Source of the DNA: Eledone cirrhosa
Taxonomy: Eukaryota
Direction: 5' to 3'
Assembly (NCBI GenBank): GCA_964016885.1
Contig: OZ024740.1
Coordinates: 103,912,001-103,976,000, forward strand
Length of the DNA stretch: 64,000 bases
Each line of letters opens with the position of its first letter. Position 1 is the stretch's first letter. This document shows positions 10,401-24,785 of this stretch, in pieces. Under the pieces are notes generated by a model. The model was given only the letters and a program-made list of their open reading frames with translations, searched no databases and was not told the origin of the DNA. Made by a program: the position numbers and the translations under genes.

Positions 10401-13400
10401 GCACATATACACCTTTATATTTTATGTCTATATTTAATTACCAAAACTATGCACCTGTATCTTATATATATAGACACAGTTTTCTCTAGATTCACCATCC
10501 TTATTTCACCTCAATAAAACTTCTACATACTACATATGGCCCTCTATATCTCTTGTGCATATTTCATTATAGCACATCAACAAACCTCTGACAGATGTCA
10601 CATTTAATTTGTCTATTTAGTGAAGTTGGAAACCATTTGTTGGTAAAATAAGTTTTCTAGCACCCATTACATCACCTATGTAACCAGATGTTATCTACAA
10701 TTTCTAATGTACCATGTGTAAAATGCGTAGTTGTCAATTTGTGGCTATTTAGGCTGATGGATATTTCAGTGCATATGATGCACCTTAAATTAAGGTTCCT
10801 TTCCATTTACCCATAGAGCCCATTGTAGCTTTTTTACAGCAACTGTTTGCACTGAGTATTAGAGTGATGTCATTGATAGAGCACTGGACAAAGTAGCTTA
10901 CAGCTTTTAATGACATACCTTTATGTTCTGAGTTCAAATCACACTGGGGTCAATATAATCAATTATACCCAACACCAAAATCTGTTGACTTTGCTTATGT
11001 TTAAAATCAATTGTTTGCACAGGCTGAACTGCACTGAATTCTTATTCCTGCATTCCTGAATACCTAGCAAAACCCATATTCTAATGCTACTGTGTTTTTG
11101 TTTCTATTCTTACAAACATAATTTGGTCCATGCTCACCTTTACACCTATTACTGAAGCCCTACAAATTCTGTAATGAGAAACAGCACATATCAATGATAT
11201 TCACACAGGCATCTAGATAGGAACTCATTTGTCACGGTCTCAAGACCTAGGATGAAGAGGACAGCTGAAGATATGAAATTCATTATGGTGTATTGTGAAG
11301 GAATGTCAATTGTTATTTCAATCGTTGAGAAATATACAGATAACAAAGATGAATTACACTGGACAAGGTGATGTACTAAAAATGCATTAAATATTTAATA
11401 ATTAGTGTGACGGGTGAGAGAAAATTAGGTTAATTATTGTATCTAAGAACTTTTGAGAAACATGATTTGTACAAGTATAACATTATTGAACAGTAACCAA
11501 TATCAAAACAGTAACTGTTAAAAATATGTATGTAGGTTCTCTTTGGGTTTTATTTAAGTTCTTCACAGACTTCAAGCTGGTCACTAACAAAGTGACAAGA
11601 TTTTTTTCATTTGTGTTAAGATAGTTTTATGGGCTTGTAAATATATGAATCAGTTTGTGTGTGCATGTATTTGAACTCATATTATGAATGGATATGCTAC
11701 TTTAGTACACGAGTGTGTGTATGTGTATGATTGTTATGTATGTTAAGGTGTGTGGCTTAGTGATTAGGGTGTTCAGCTCATGATCATAAGGTCATGAGTT
11801 CGATCAGAAATGATAGAGGTCCTACACATATGTATATATGTGTGTGTGTGCATAAGTAAATGAACTATTTGTCATGGAATGTGAAATTTATTGTGTATAT
11901 GTGTTTAAATGTATAAAATGTAATTTCAGCCATGATGTGGATGTGTCAGCTCATCAGTCAAATAAATAACAACAGGAACAGCAGCAGTCTCAAATTGCCA
12001 AACAAAACTTTAGTGACTCCTATCCGTACAACAATTTTTCAATGACTTCTTGGATTTTCCAATGGATTCGTGAGATAGCATCATACTTTTCATTACTATA
12101 ATTGTTATTGCTATTATTACAGCTATCACTGTTGGTACTAATGGTATTATTGGTATTCAGGGATAGAAAGCATTCTTTAAGACAAGCTATATAGAACAAG
12201 ATGTAGCATTATCAAGGGAGTTTTGCTGTTTCCACATTACCAGCAGATGGCATATTTTCAGTAGAAACGTAAAGCAAAAAAGTATAAGTAAATTTATATA
12301 ATGGACAAATCTTTATAGCCATGATTATTTGATATTACTTCATCTGATTTGCAAGCTTAAGCAAAGTGGTCAAATTAGTGTTGCACTCTTCAAAATCGTT
12401 TAAGCAAATCACAAAGACAGAGGAAGATATGAAATTCTTAAGAAATAAACTATATTACTACAAACAACCACAAACATATTACATTATGTAACAGTTTTAC
12501 TATTGCATTAAAACTGTTGAGTCTTTCAACATTAAACCAAAAACAGTTTTTGCACAAAATATAGTTGGAAATTTGCAAGCAGCAAGCATCGGGGTATGTC
12601 ACAGATTTCATTTATATTTCAAGAGATTTAAAAAAAAATTGTTGTTTTAAAGCAGTATTGAATATTGTGAAAAGGGCAAACACTATGCCTTTAATACAGA
12701 CTTACAGCAAAATATTATATGTAAAAAGTTATTTGAAAATAGTGAATCCATGTGAGGTGGTGCAATACAACAAGCATAGGCAATAATCACTATAATTCAC
12801 AATAAAAAATATATATTTCATCAATGCAGTATCAGAACTATTACAGGACTAATGTAATTTTAATAATTCTCTTTGTCTGGCTACTATTAGAAAAGATTAT
12901 AAATGTTTTTTTTTTTCTTCCTTTGCTTTTGTGGTACTAAGATTCATAAATGATAGTATTATCCTGCCAAGAAATGTCTTTGTCATTCATGTAAAAAAAG
13001 GGTTACTATTCAAAGCTATGATGATCTAATAATAAGACATCAAGTACCAATTTTACAACATCTGCTGCCGTTTCAGATTCTATTTAAAAGTCAATTGTTA
13101 CAACTACAATAAATAATAAAGATTTTGACACTTTAATTGATTCAGGAAGTACAGGAAATTTTTTTCGAACCTCTTCTGCTATTAATATGAAATTGCCTAT
13201 TAAACCAACTTCGATAACTACTATGGTTTCTTTGGCACACAAGAAATTTAATTAGAGATTTTACTATTTGTGATGTTACTCTTAATGACAATATTTCTAA
13301 TAATATTACATTTTCAACAATGGATAATGTTTCTATACCTTTATTGTTGGGACAAAGTTCTATGACTCTATGCAGGCAAGATATTCTTGAAAAGTACAAA

Positions 13401-13909
13401 ACAACACTGTGATTGCAACACATTAAAAATTAATGCCTTTACTTAAATACTGCAAATTTTTACAACAGTCCGTGGACTAATGAAGATAGCAGAAACATTT
13501 GAATTAGCAAACTTGTTTTTAGACATTTTCTGCTAAATAATTACAGGTAGATAAGAGTTAAATATAATGGCTCATTATCTACATTCTCAATTTATGACTT
13601 AACTCAAATTTTTAAGGTTTTCATAAAAAATTGTAAAAGCTATTATTATGTCTAGTCTACTTTAGACTGAAAAAAAAAAAAATATATATATATGTCTAAC
13701 CCATGCTAGCGTGGAAGATGGACGTTAAACAATGATGATGATGATAAATGGATGATATATATATATTTAGGGGTGGGAAAAACCAATAATTCTTTGAAAA
13801 AGGGGATAATAGAGATCAGTTTTTCTCCATAGTATACCCAGGCTTTACTTCTGAAAAATCCTCACAAACTAAGAAGGGTTGTAGATTATTCATAAACAGT
13901 TAACCAGCC

Positions 13910-15620
13910 CATCATCATCATCATCATTTTACGTCCGCTTTTCCCTGCTTGCAAGGGTGGGATGGGTCTTATTCAGCACAGCATCTCTCCACTTGCCACG
14001 GTCCTTCGTCATCTCCAACGTGACCTTCAGCAATCTGAGGTCTGTTCTCACCACCTCCACCCATGATTTTCGTGGTCTACCTCTACCACATCTTCCTTCA
14101 ACTGGCATTTCCTGGCACTTCTTCACTCATCGGTCATCCTCCATGCACATCACATGTCCATACCACCTCAGTCTCCTCTCTCGCACACTACATTCTATCC
14201 CTCTCAGACACAGTTTCTCTCTCAACACATTCATGCTGGGTCATTCACGCACATTGACATTGCACATCCAATGGAGCTGCTTGCCTCATTTCTCTCCAGC
14301 CATCGCATATCCTCTGCAGTTGCTGGCTATGTCTCACTACCATGCAGCATCGCGCTCCTCACACAGGCATCATATAACCGGCCTTTCGTACACAGGGAGA
14401 AACCCTTCTTTGTCAGCAGAGGAAGCAGCTCCCTAAACTTCTTCCAACCCGTCATTCTAGATACTATGACCTCGGAACACCACCCTCTCATGCTAATCTG
14501 ATCTCCTATGTACCGGAAGCTATCCACCACTTCTATAGCACCCGCCTGCATTTGAAAATGTGTCTATCAATGCGACTTCTACTGTCTAATATCCCTGTAC
14601 ATCTACTGCATACGTATTTCTCCCTACCTGTTAGTTTGCCTGCTATCCCACTACATCTCTTGTGTACCCAGGATCTGCATTGTGTGCATTTTATAGAATT
14701 TATGCCAGTTCCTTTTCTGCATATCGAACGTGGCCATTTTCCTGACGGAATCAGAGTTTTGTCCGCTTTTCTACTCATTGACACTTTTGTCTTGCTTCCA
14801 ACTGCTGTTTCCATAGCCAGAATTTATTCTCTAGCTCCTCTACTGATTCTGCTATATGAACCAGATCATCAGCATAGAGAAGTTCCCATGGACAGCCAGT
14901 CTTAAACTCCTCTGTTATGGCTTGGAGGACTATAATGAACAAGAGTGGGCTGAGGACCGAACCTTGATGTACTCCTACTTGTATCTGGAATTCCTCACTA
15001 AACTCCATTCCTACCCTGACTTTACTGACAGTACCTCTGTACAAAGTTTGCACTGTCCTCATAAGCCATTCCTCAACACCTAGTTTCCTTAGGGACCACC
15101 AGATGACAGATCGGGGTACACTATCAAAGGCCTTCTCTAGGTCAACAAAGGCTAAGTATAGTGGCTTATTCTTCTCTAAAAACCTCTCTTGTAATTGTCT
15201 CACCAAGAAGAGGGCATCTGTTGTACTCTTCCCAAGCACAAAACCAAACTGCATCTCATCTAGTTTGACCCTTTCTCTAACTAGTTGTGCTAATATCCTT
15301 TCTGCCACTTTCATAACCTGATCCATCAGTTTTATACCCCTATAATTGCTCCTCTCTAAAGCATCCCCTTTACCTTTGTAGCAATTTATGAGAATACTGC
15401 TGCACCAGTCTTTGGGTATGACACCACCATATATAGCCTGATTGATGATGATGCATGCAAGCACTTTAGTGCCTACGTCCCCTGATGCCTTCAGCATCTC
15501 AGCAACTATTCCCGATGGTCCAGCAGCCTTACCATTTTTCATTTCCTGAATCACCTGTTGGACCCTATATTCATCAATCTCAATAGCTGGTCCCTCTGTC
15601 GGATCTACTGAGGGTAATTT
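13910..15620 (-). mobile_element. RTE-clade LINE, 5'-truncated, RT domain (short-3'UTR subfamily)
   Basis: NYRGIKL, QFGF, FVDLEKAFD, GVHQGSVLSP, LYADD and GRPRK motifs with frameshifts. The ORF stop abuts the (TGA)n tail. Confidence 0.93.
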
Positions 15621-16136
15621 CTCTATATAGGAATTATATCCTTTATCTTCACTTTTAACTTTGGTAAATAACATCACAGATTTAAAATTATTTTAGTAAA
15701 TTAGATTTAAAACAATCTTATTATCAGGTTCCACTACCTACTCATGGACTTTTGTACAGTGTTTGAAAGTAATGGAATATTATGTTTTATAAAATGCTTT
15801 TTTCTCCTGACAATTGACATAGCTGTTTTTCAAAGAATAATTGATACGATAATTCATTGTTTACTTATATTGATGATGTGGAACAAAATAAGAATTTAGT
15901 TATGGAAGTGTTTCCTTGAAGAAATTAGAGTTAATGGATAATGATAAGATACTGTAAATTGCAGAGACCTTGCACTTTGCCACACTAAATGTTATAAAGA
16001 TGATGAATTACTAGCAAACTTAATAAAGTGTAAAGATATAAATAGATATTTTGATGAATATACTTTTTATAATTCTTATTTTGATGTTCATCTACCACTG
16101 GATATGAGACTTCCTACATCAGCTGATACTGTTTTA

Positions 16137-16410
16137 TCATCATCATCGTTTAACGTCCATCTTCCACGCTTGCATGGGTTTGGACGGGAGTTTTCCCACT
16201 TGAGGCAAGATTGGTTGTCCTGCTCGTATAGGACTGTCTGGCGGGTTTTCTACGGCTGGATGCCCTTCCCAACACCAACCACGTTTACAGTGTGGACTGG
16301 GAGGTTTTTACCGTGTTACCTACATGGCCACATTACAGCGTGGACTGTGTGTTTTTTTTGTTGTGACACCTACACAACCTCATTTGTTTCGGACTGGATG
16401 TTTTGGACTT
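16137..16410 (-). mobile_element. RTE 3' UTR-only insertion
   Basis: Reverse complement of 3670-3934. Confidence 0.85.
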
Positions 16411-18678
16411 TATGTTGAAGCTAATAAGTTGTGCACTGCCCTCATGTGTGTTATGTTTTAAACATATCAGCCATGGTATGCATGTATTGGAGCTGACTTG
16501 TCAGTCAAATAAAATTTCAACAACAGATATGGCAGTAGACTTGAATTGCTGAATAAAGTATTTGGAAGTAATTCTTCTCTATACAAGGTAATTGCTATAT
16601 CTATCAGTAAAAATGAAGACTGAAATAAGTGTCTAAGACTTACATGAAATCTTACATAATAAACTTCTATTTTCAAAAGTATTATCACCCAAAAAGGAAA
16701 GAAAATAATTATTTCCAAGATATTACATTCTATTCCTGACATGAAGAACTAATCTGATAGGTCTACACAAGACATCTTAGCAGAAATAGAAATATTTGAT
16801 ACTTGGCATGTAGACTCAATCTTGTTTCTATTGTGCTAATTATAATCATTGAAGAGTTGATTTATTTACCAATTCTAACATTCTGACGATACAAAAACAA
16901 TCTCCTTTAACTTTCAAATATTCACAACTCCAGCTCTATTCTGTTTTTTTTTTCCAGCTGCACTTCAATTCTACTAGAACCAACCTTCTATCTATTATTA
17001 ATTCTATTATTAATTGCAGTCCTTTCTGTGGGCAACTAACTCCTCTGTGAAACACCTAAAACTATTACACATTAACCTCTAAATCAGGAGTTCACAACAT
17101 TTTACAAGTATAACCTAGTTTGGCAATTCAGTAACCCTTTGTGACTTTTAAAAAAAAAATGGAATTTTTCACAAATTATTATAAAATTAATATTTAATAA
17201 TTTTTTGGGGGAATTATTTTTCAGTCTTTTGTTGAAGTAAATATGTTGTAGCCCTTAAACATTTTACATTTCATCAAATAATTAAAAAAGTAAGGAAAAA
17301 TATTTTGTTTTTGTAACCCTTTCAAAATTAGGCAAGAATTCAACTTAAGTTGCAACCCATAGGTTGGGAACCGCTGTCCTAAATCTTCAAATTGCATCAT
17401 GCTTACTTCTTGAAGTTTTCTTTTTTTAGATGCCCCAACTAAATGTTTATATAATCTATACATACATGTATGTGAGGCAATATATTTATGAAGAAATGTT
17501 AATAATAAAAGAAATATAAAAAGAAGATACCATCAGAAAAAAAGTTAGTATCATACTAGGTTATTTATAGATATATTTTCCCTAAATGTATGTGAATTAT
17601 AACAGAGTTGGTAAACTCTTCAGAACGCAATCAATCCATCACTTCCATCTTGGTGCACATATCAAATAATGGATTACATAACACATCACATTACAGTATT
17701 GCAACAAATTCTCATATTTGTTTCTCTCCAGAGAGATAACACATACATGAGTTACTTAATAAAGTGGAGGTATTAAGCAGTGAGAAAAATTGTGGAACAT
17801 TGCAGGAAGAAATATAGTTAATGTTCAGAAATTCAGCTTGCAGCTTTATATCAGCAAACTAACTTTATCTATAAATTTAGTTCAATACAAAAAATATATA
17901 TATATATTTTAAAATGAGTGTAATCTATAGAAATCAATAAACCATTCCTAATCAGTAAAATGTTATAGAAATTTACTAAATGAAAACTTAACATTGTATT
18001 TGTAAGACTTCTACTTAAAACCAAAACTTTTGTTATCAGGAAATTTGAGAGGAAAACAAGGCAAAGCAGAAAAACATGAATATTCTAAATAGTAACTGTT
18101 TAAAATGATATGAAAATAATTCAGACAAGTATCATTATATTTTTACATTATATTTAGGTGGTTCTTCAGCAAGTCCATTAATATAGTGGTCTGAGGCACA
18201 TGAAGAACCTATAGAGTTTGTTAGATATGAAATAACATACAAGAGTAATCCATGAGATACTGATAGTGGCATTGAAGGTGCACTAAAGGGTTAAAATTAT
18301 GCCTAATTCTAATCCTAGTTACAAGATTTTCAATCATGCTTCACAAATTTAATTTAGCTGGAATGTTATGGTTGATTGATTACACACCCCTACATCACAA
18401 ACATTGGTATATATATTAACTCTGATTAATCATCATTATTCTTTCACCTTCATGTGACTTTACTGACATCTATTAATCATGTGCAATATTACCATCAGCA
18501 ATCTACACTGCCATCCCCTCATGCTGCCCATGCTGTTCATCTAGTCTCTATATTAATCAGTATGTAGCTACTTTTTCATTTCAATGACTACCTTTCCTAC
18601 AACATTCACTCCGCTCATTCTCTTTCCCCCATCACATTCATACTTATACTCTCCTTTTTTACCTACATGTCATAATCC

Positions 18679-19044
18679 TGTAGCGCTCTCTAGACAGGGA
18701 AGTAGTTAGAGTTACTTCCCGTCGAAAGTCTAGAACCCTCTTTTGCAACTTCTGGAAAGAGGTTATAAATAGCAGCAACTCAGCCCGCTCTCTCACTCTT
18801 TGGCGCCTTTCCTTTGAACCGATAACACTGAAGATAAACATGTTAATCATGGGCTTGGACTATACCTAAATATGTACGAGGATATTTGTGTACAACAATA
18901 TTTGTGTACAACAATTATAACGGAGTTATAATAAAATGAAGACTTGTATTCGATATGGTGTTTTGTAAATATATCTTATTCTTTTCTGTATAAAATTTAG
19001 TAGTTAGATTCCGGTGATATTTCTGGGTCTGGCAATTCACTAAA
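18679..19044 (+). repeat. 5' LTR (TGTAG...CTAAA)
   Basis: Direct repeat of 23254-23619; contains TATAAATA and AATAAA. Confidence 0.95.
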
Positions 19045-19045
19045 G

Positions 19046-19056
19046 TGGTGACCCCG
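19046..19056 (+). promoter_or_regulatory. Primer-binding site, tRNA-Trp type
   Basis: TGGTGACCCCG lies 1 nt after the LTR and matches the start of the tRNA-Trp PBS known from avian retroviruses (TGGTGACCCCGACGTGAT). Confidence 0.75.
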
Positions 19057-19158
19057 TTTGAACAAATAATTTCTACCGACGTCTGAACATATAATTTCTA
19101 CCGACGTTTGAACAAATAATTTCTACCAACGTTTGAACAAATAATTTCTACCGATGTT
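19056..19158 (+). repeat. 25-bp tandem repeat x4 in the Gypsy leader
   Basis: Units of gtttgaacaaataatttctaccgac. Confidence 0.9.
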
Positions 19159-19196
19159 TTGAAAAAGAAAATCATCTCTCACGACCAAATTTCATC

Positions 19197-22100
19197 ATGA
19201 GCAACACATCGTTACCAGCGTATTCTGGCGATGCCAAATTGTGGTTCGCCCAACTTGATGCATATTTTGCGATCAACGGAGTACAGGAAAAACAGCAAAA
19301 ATTAAACGTGCTAATCAGCAGAATTCCTAATCAAGAACCCTCCCCAAGGCGTTTCCTACGAGTCTCTGAAGACAGAGGTACTGCGTAGGAACTGTAGGTC
19401 ACCTGAGAGTAAATTTTGTTCCTTATTAGAGGATGAAAATCTGGGGCACAGAACTCCTACAGAGTTTTTACGGCGTATCCGTGAACTCAGTGATGATGCA
19501 CCCGAAGACAGTTCCTTCGTAAAAAAGTTATCCTTCTCCCATTTGCCAACTAATTTGAAAACCATATTAGCAAATACAGTTGACACCAGTTCGATAGAAC
19601 AAATTGGTGCCTCTGCGGACAGAATTATGGAATTTTCTAGAGAACCTACCTCGGCTGATTTGGTCATAGCCTCTTCTGCTTTCAAAACACAACCTGCTTC
19701 ACCTCTTGAGGACTCAATGTTGAGAGCCATTTACGCGCTAACTAGGCAAGTCGCTAAACTATGTAGGGATTGAACGCCATCTAGACGGTGTTCACGAAGT
19801 CGGTCTTCTTCCTTTCACTGTCACGCCAACCTCCCTGCCAACAACTCGTCTTTGTGTTGGTATCACACACGTTTTCGTGAAAAGGCGAAACATTGTATGC
19901 AGCCCTGCTCTTTTGGGGCATCAAAAAAACTAAGTTTGGAGAGTATGAACACAGCAGACCTCTCCCTCATTAATTCACCTTATCGTGCTTTCTTCATCAG
20001 AGACCAAGTTTCAAACAAATCATTCATGGTGGACACAGGATCTAGTTGCAGTATATGGCCCTTACAGTTCAACACTACCATGCCAACTCTTTCCGGCATT
20101 TCTTTGTATGCAGTAAACCAGTCTCCTATAAAAACTTATGGACAAATATCTTTAACATTGGACCTAGCTTTAAGTCGAGATTTCAAATGGATTTTTGTCA
20201 TTGCCGACCTACTACATCCTATTCTCAGTGCAGATTTCTTACAGCACTTTTCACTTTCGGTAGATGTCAGGAACCAGAAACTTGTGGATAGTACCACATC
20301 CTTATCTACGCCTAGCGTAAATCTACCACTACTGCTGTCAGTCCGTCATTTTTTGTGGCTGCCGCTGGAAACCAGTTTCATGCACTCCTTACTTCGTTTC
20401 CCGAGTTAATGGATATTTCATTTAAACCTACCCAGGCAGCCCACTCGACTCAACACTTCGTTACAACAACTGGTCCACCTGTTTTCTCTTGTCCACAAAG
20501 GTTGGCTCCGGATAGACTGAAAAAAGCACGAAAAGAGTTCGACCATATGCTCCAGCTCGGTCTTTTACGACCGTCCACCAGCCCATGGGCATCTGCTTCA
20601 CTTGGCTCATAAGGGTGAAGCGGATTTTAGGCCTGTGGGAGATTATCAACGACTTAATGCCATCACCACGCCAGACCGTTATCCTCTACCAAATTTACAG
20701 GATTTTTCATCCGTTCTGCATGGATGCAAGATATTTTCCAAAATAGATCTAATACGTGCATACCACCAGATACCCATGAATCCAGAGGATATATCATAAA
20801 CAGCTGTGATCACCCTCTTTGGTTCATTTGAATTCCTGTCCATGCCTTTTGGTTTGTGGAATGCTTCTAGTACGTTCCAACGTTTTATCGATGAAGTCAC
20901 GCGTGGATTGGATTTCGTGTTTGCTTACGTTGATGATCTCCTGATAGCCAGTGATTCGAATGAACGCCATCATCAACATCTATCTCAGTTATTTCAACGT
21001 CTCCAATTGTACAAAATCAGAATCAACCCAGCTAAATGTGTGGTTGGTGCAGATTCACTGGAATTTTTTGGACATCTTATAGATTCAGAAGGCATACGAC
21101 CTTTACCATCTAAGGTAGAAGCGATTCAGCATATCGCACCACCCACCTCCCTGAAACAATTACGTCACTTCTTGGGATTAATTAACTTTTATCGTCGCTT
21201 CATTCCTAACTGTGCGGACAAGTTGTTCCCCTTGACACAGTTTTTAAAGGATGCGTAAAAGAAAGATGCTCCTATTTCACTTTCTGCTGATGCTTTGCAG
21301 TCTTTTGAATCCGTCAAGTCTGAGATAGCTGAAGTTTCCTTACTCGCCCATCCTGTTGCAAACGCGAGACTTTCTTTATCTGTTGATGCATCCGATCGTG
21401 CTGTTGGCGCAGTTTTGCATCATGTAATCAATCACCAAGTTCAAGCACAGGCGGTTTTCTCACGCCAACTAAAACCAGCAGAACAACGTTACAGCACCTT
21501 TGACAGAGAACTTTTGGTGATTTATCTTGCCGTGAAGCATTTCCACCACCTTTTGGAGGGGCGGGAGTTCACGATATTCACGGACCATAAACCGTTAACG
21601 TTCGCTTTACAATCCAAGTCCGACAAGTACTCTCTGAGAGCATATAGGCATCTGGATCTCATCTCACAGTATACTAGTGACATCCGTCATATAGCCAGAA
21701 CTTCCAACACACCCGCAGACTCTCGACTTTCTGTGTGTTCTCTTGCGTCTCCTGCACATATCGATTTAGTTGCCATTGCAACTGAACAACCTACTTTGGA
21801 TTCGTTGGACATTTCCTCTGACCAGTTCTCCTGCTGCAAATTGGAATATTTACCTCTTCCATCTTCTGAAGGAAAAATTCTCTGCGATGTTTCTACTGGC
21901 TCACCCAGACCACTTGTTCCAGATTGTTATCTGTGTACCGTTTTTGATGCACTTCATTCCTTGTCACATCCTGGCATAGCTGCCACGGTGAAGCTTATTA
22001 CGGCTCGATTCTTCTGGCCTAATATGCGTCGTTTAATCACGGGTTGGGCACGTTCTTGTTTGAAGTGTCAGCGCTCTAAGATTCATTGGCATGTCCGCGC

Positions 22101-23037
22101 TCCTCTTGGGAAATTCAGCCCGCCAGACGCACGTTTCCGTCATATACACATGGATATTGTTGGTCCATGGCCCGTTAGTCGTGGATTCACATATATATTG
22201 ACTTGTATCGATCGTTTCTCTCGGTGGCCTGAAGCTATACCCTTAGTGGACATAACAGCAGAGTCCGTTGCCCGAGCCTTCATTTCCAATTGGATTGCTC
22301 GCTTTGGTGTTCCTACTAAAATAACTACGGATTGTGGACGCCAATTTGAAGCTTCCTTATCTCGTGAAATATCACGACTCTTGGGTGCTCATCACATTCA
22401 TGCGACCAGCTATCACCCAGCCTCCAATGGAATGGTCGAGAGATTTCATAGACAGTTGAAAGCTGCACTTCGCGCTACTCCTGATCCGCAATGTTGGACC
22501 GAATTTTTGCCAATCGTGCTTCTTGGTTGTCGTTCTGCCATTAATACAGGTTTAGGTTTTTCTTCTGCTGAACTTCTTTATGGTACCACATTGTCTCTTC
22601 CTGGACAAATGTTAGCACCAGTGGATTCATCATATCTTGACCCAGCATCATATGTCACCAGGATTCGTTCGTATTTCTCAGATCTTCCACCAATGAACCC
22701 TCGAGACCAATCTATTTCTTCTGCTGTCCCATTGGACATCTCTACGTGGACACACATTTTCATACGGAATGATTCCGTCAAGGGACATTTTTGTGTGCTT
22801 TCGCAAACACCAAAACACTTTACAGTGGCTGTCAATGGTCGAAATGAGGTAATATCCGTTGACAGAGCAAAGAAGGCTTTCTATGAAAGTCTCACATCAT
22901 TGCCTGACATACCTCGCACATACACTCCCACACAAACACCTTCACCTCCAACATCACATACCACACAACCATATGTCACACGAAGTGGCAGGACAGTAAT
23001 ATGGCCACGGAAACTCTCAAAAACAATATTCGTCTAA
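19197..23037 (+). pseudogene. Gypsy gag-pol, disrupted by stops and frameshifts
   Basis: gag LWFAQLDAYF and CWYH..F...A.HC..PC; protease VDTGS; RT MPFGL and YVDDLL; RNase H VDAS and FTDHKPL; integrase HPG, CLKCQ, DIVGP and NGMVERFHR. Confidence 0.93.
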
Positions 23038-23253
23038 CCACTAGTAGCATTAACTATCTGACTTTGAACATTTTTGAACTTATTTTTGAGCACTATTTTC
23101 CTTGTTCCTTGTACTGTTTTGATTTGTATTGTTCCAGTTACATTTTTCTGCATGTTTTATTCATTCATGTTCTTGTACCTTTGCTTTGCTCCTCATATTC
23201 TCGCTACAATGATTTCATTTGGTCATTCAACTTCTCATCTGAGAGGGGAGTCT

Positions 23254-23619
23254 TGTAGCGCTCTCTAGTCAGGGAAGTAGTTAGAGTTACTTCCCTTCGA
23301 AAGTCTAGAACCCTCTTTTGCAACTTCCGGAAAGAGGTTATAAATAGCGGCAACTCAGCCCGCTGTCTCTCTTTTTGGTGCCTTTCCTTTGAACCGACAA
23401 CACTGAAGATGAACATGTTAATCATAGGCTTGGACTATACCTAAATATGTACGAGGATATTTGTGTACAACAATTATAACGGAGTTATAATAAAATGAAG
23501 ACTTGTATTCGATATGGTGTTTTGAAAATATATCTCATCCTTTTCTGTATAAAATTTAGTAGTTTGATTCCGGTGATATTTACTCAAGTAAATAATCCTG
23601 GGTCTGGCAATTCACTAAA
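23254..23619 (+). repeat. 3' LTR
   Basis: Preceded by polypurine tract GAGAGGGGAG (23241-23250). Confidence 0.95.
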
Positions 23620-24656
23620 ATCCTATCTAACTTATGCGAGCATAGAAAACGCATGTACATTTGATGATGACGATGAAAAAGAAGAGTGATTTCTAACCCC
23701 AATACTTTACAGGTAATTTAACCCTGGTATTGGTGGAAAACAAAGTCAATTCTAGTGGAATTTAAAATCAGAATATACAAAAGATAAAACTAAATACCAC
23801 AAGGCTTCCTGTGAAAACACACTACCCATTTTGACAGCCTACTGTATTGTTTTTATTAATAGTGATTTCTTTTATTGGCACATGCCAAGAAATTGGTTGA
23901 GAGATATATAACTGAATCAATTACAGTACAGGGCCATTATTTATTCTATTGACTCCCAAGATATAAAAGTCAATATTGAAGTCTGCAGACTTGAACTCAG
24001 AACATAAGGATGTAACTAAATGTTGACAGATATTTAATTCAATGCTTTACCATCTGTCACTCTAATATCTTAAAAGAACAATACAAATAGCAATAATTAA
24101 ATATTCTTAGAACGTAAGATGCCCAGCATTTTCTATTTAGATAAACATTTCTAGAAACCTGTAATAAAATAATAATTACATAGGACTCTAATTTGGAAGG
24201 CTTCTAATGAGTAGCCCAGTAAAGGTTGTCTATGATAAGAGGAGCTCATCATCATCATCGTTTAACATCCATCTTCCATGCTAGCTCACTAAATTAAATG
24301 GGTTAATTTCACTAAGAGAGACCTGCAATGAAACTTAATATCTGTAGGATACTTAACAGAACAAAACAGAATGTACCTCTAGGCATCTATTGCAGGGAGG
24401 GCTGTTGAAATGTGTAAATAAAAGATTTCAAAAGCAATAGCAACAACAATGAAAGCAAGCAATTCAGTTACGCATTAAAACAGGAAATTACAATTAGATA
24501 AATAGAATTTGCTGGAAGTTTAGAAAGTTTTCTCTTGGGGAAAAAAAGGCCCAACTTTCCCCCAAAGTTCAATAGTTTTTATCAAATTAAAACATTTAAT
24601 TCATTATGGCATATGTCTAGATTTTCCTAGACTTCAAGAAGGAGTAAAGACCGTCA

Positions 24657-24785
<129 letters not shown>

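Larger units (their letters stand above)
18679..23619 (+). mobile_element. Full-length degenerate Ty3/Gypsy LTR retrotransposon
   Basis: 366-bp LTRs (18679-19044, 23254-23619), ATCC TSD (18675-18678, 23620-23623), PBS and PPT, and gag followed by PR-RT-RNaseH-IN. Confidence 0.96.

Noticed and set aside
11137-11271. Possible minus-strand exon with AG and GTGAG boundaries
   Set aside because: Stops in all three frames and no CaMKII similarity.
19056-19158. CRISPR-like regular repeats
   Set aside because: No unique spacers; a tandem repeat in a eukaryotic Gypsy leader.
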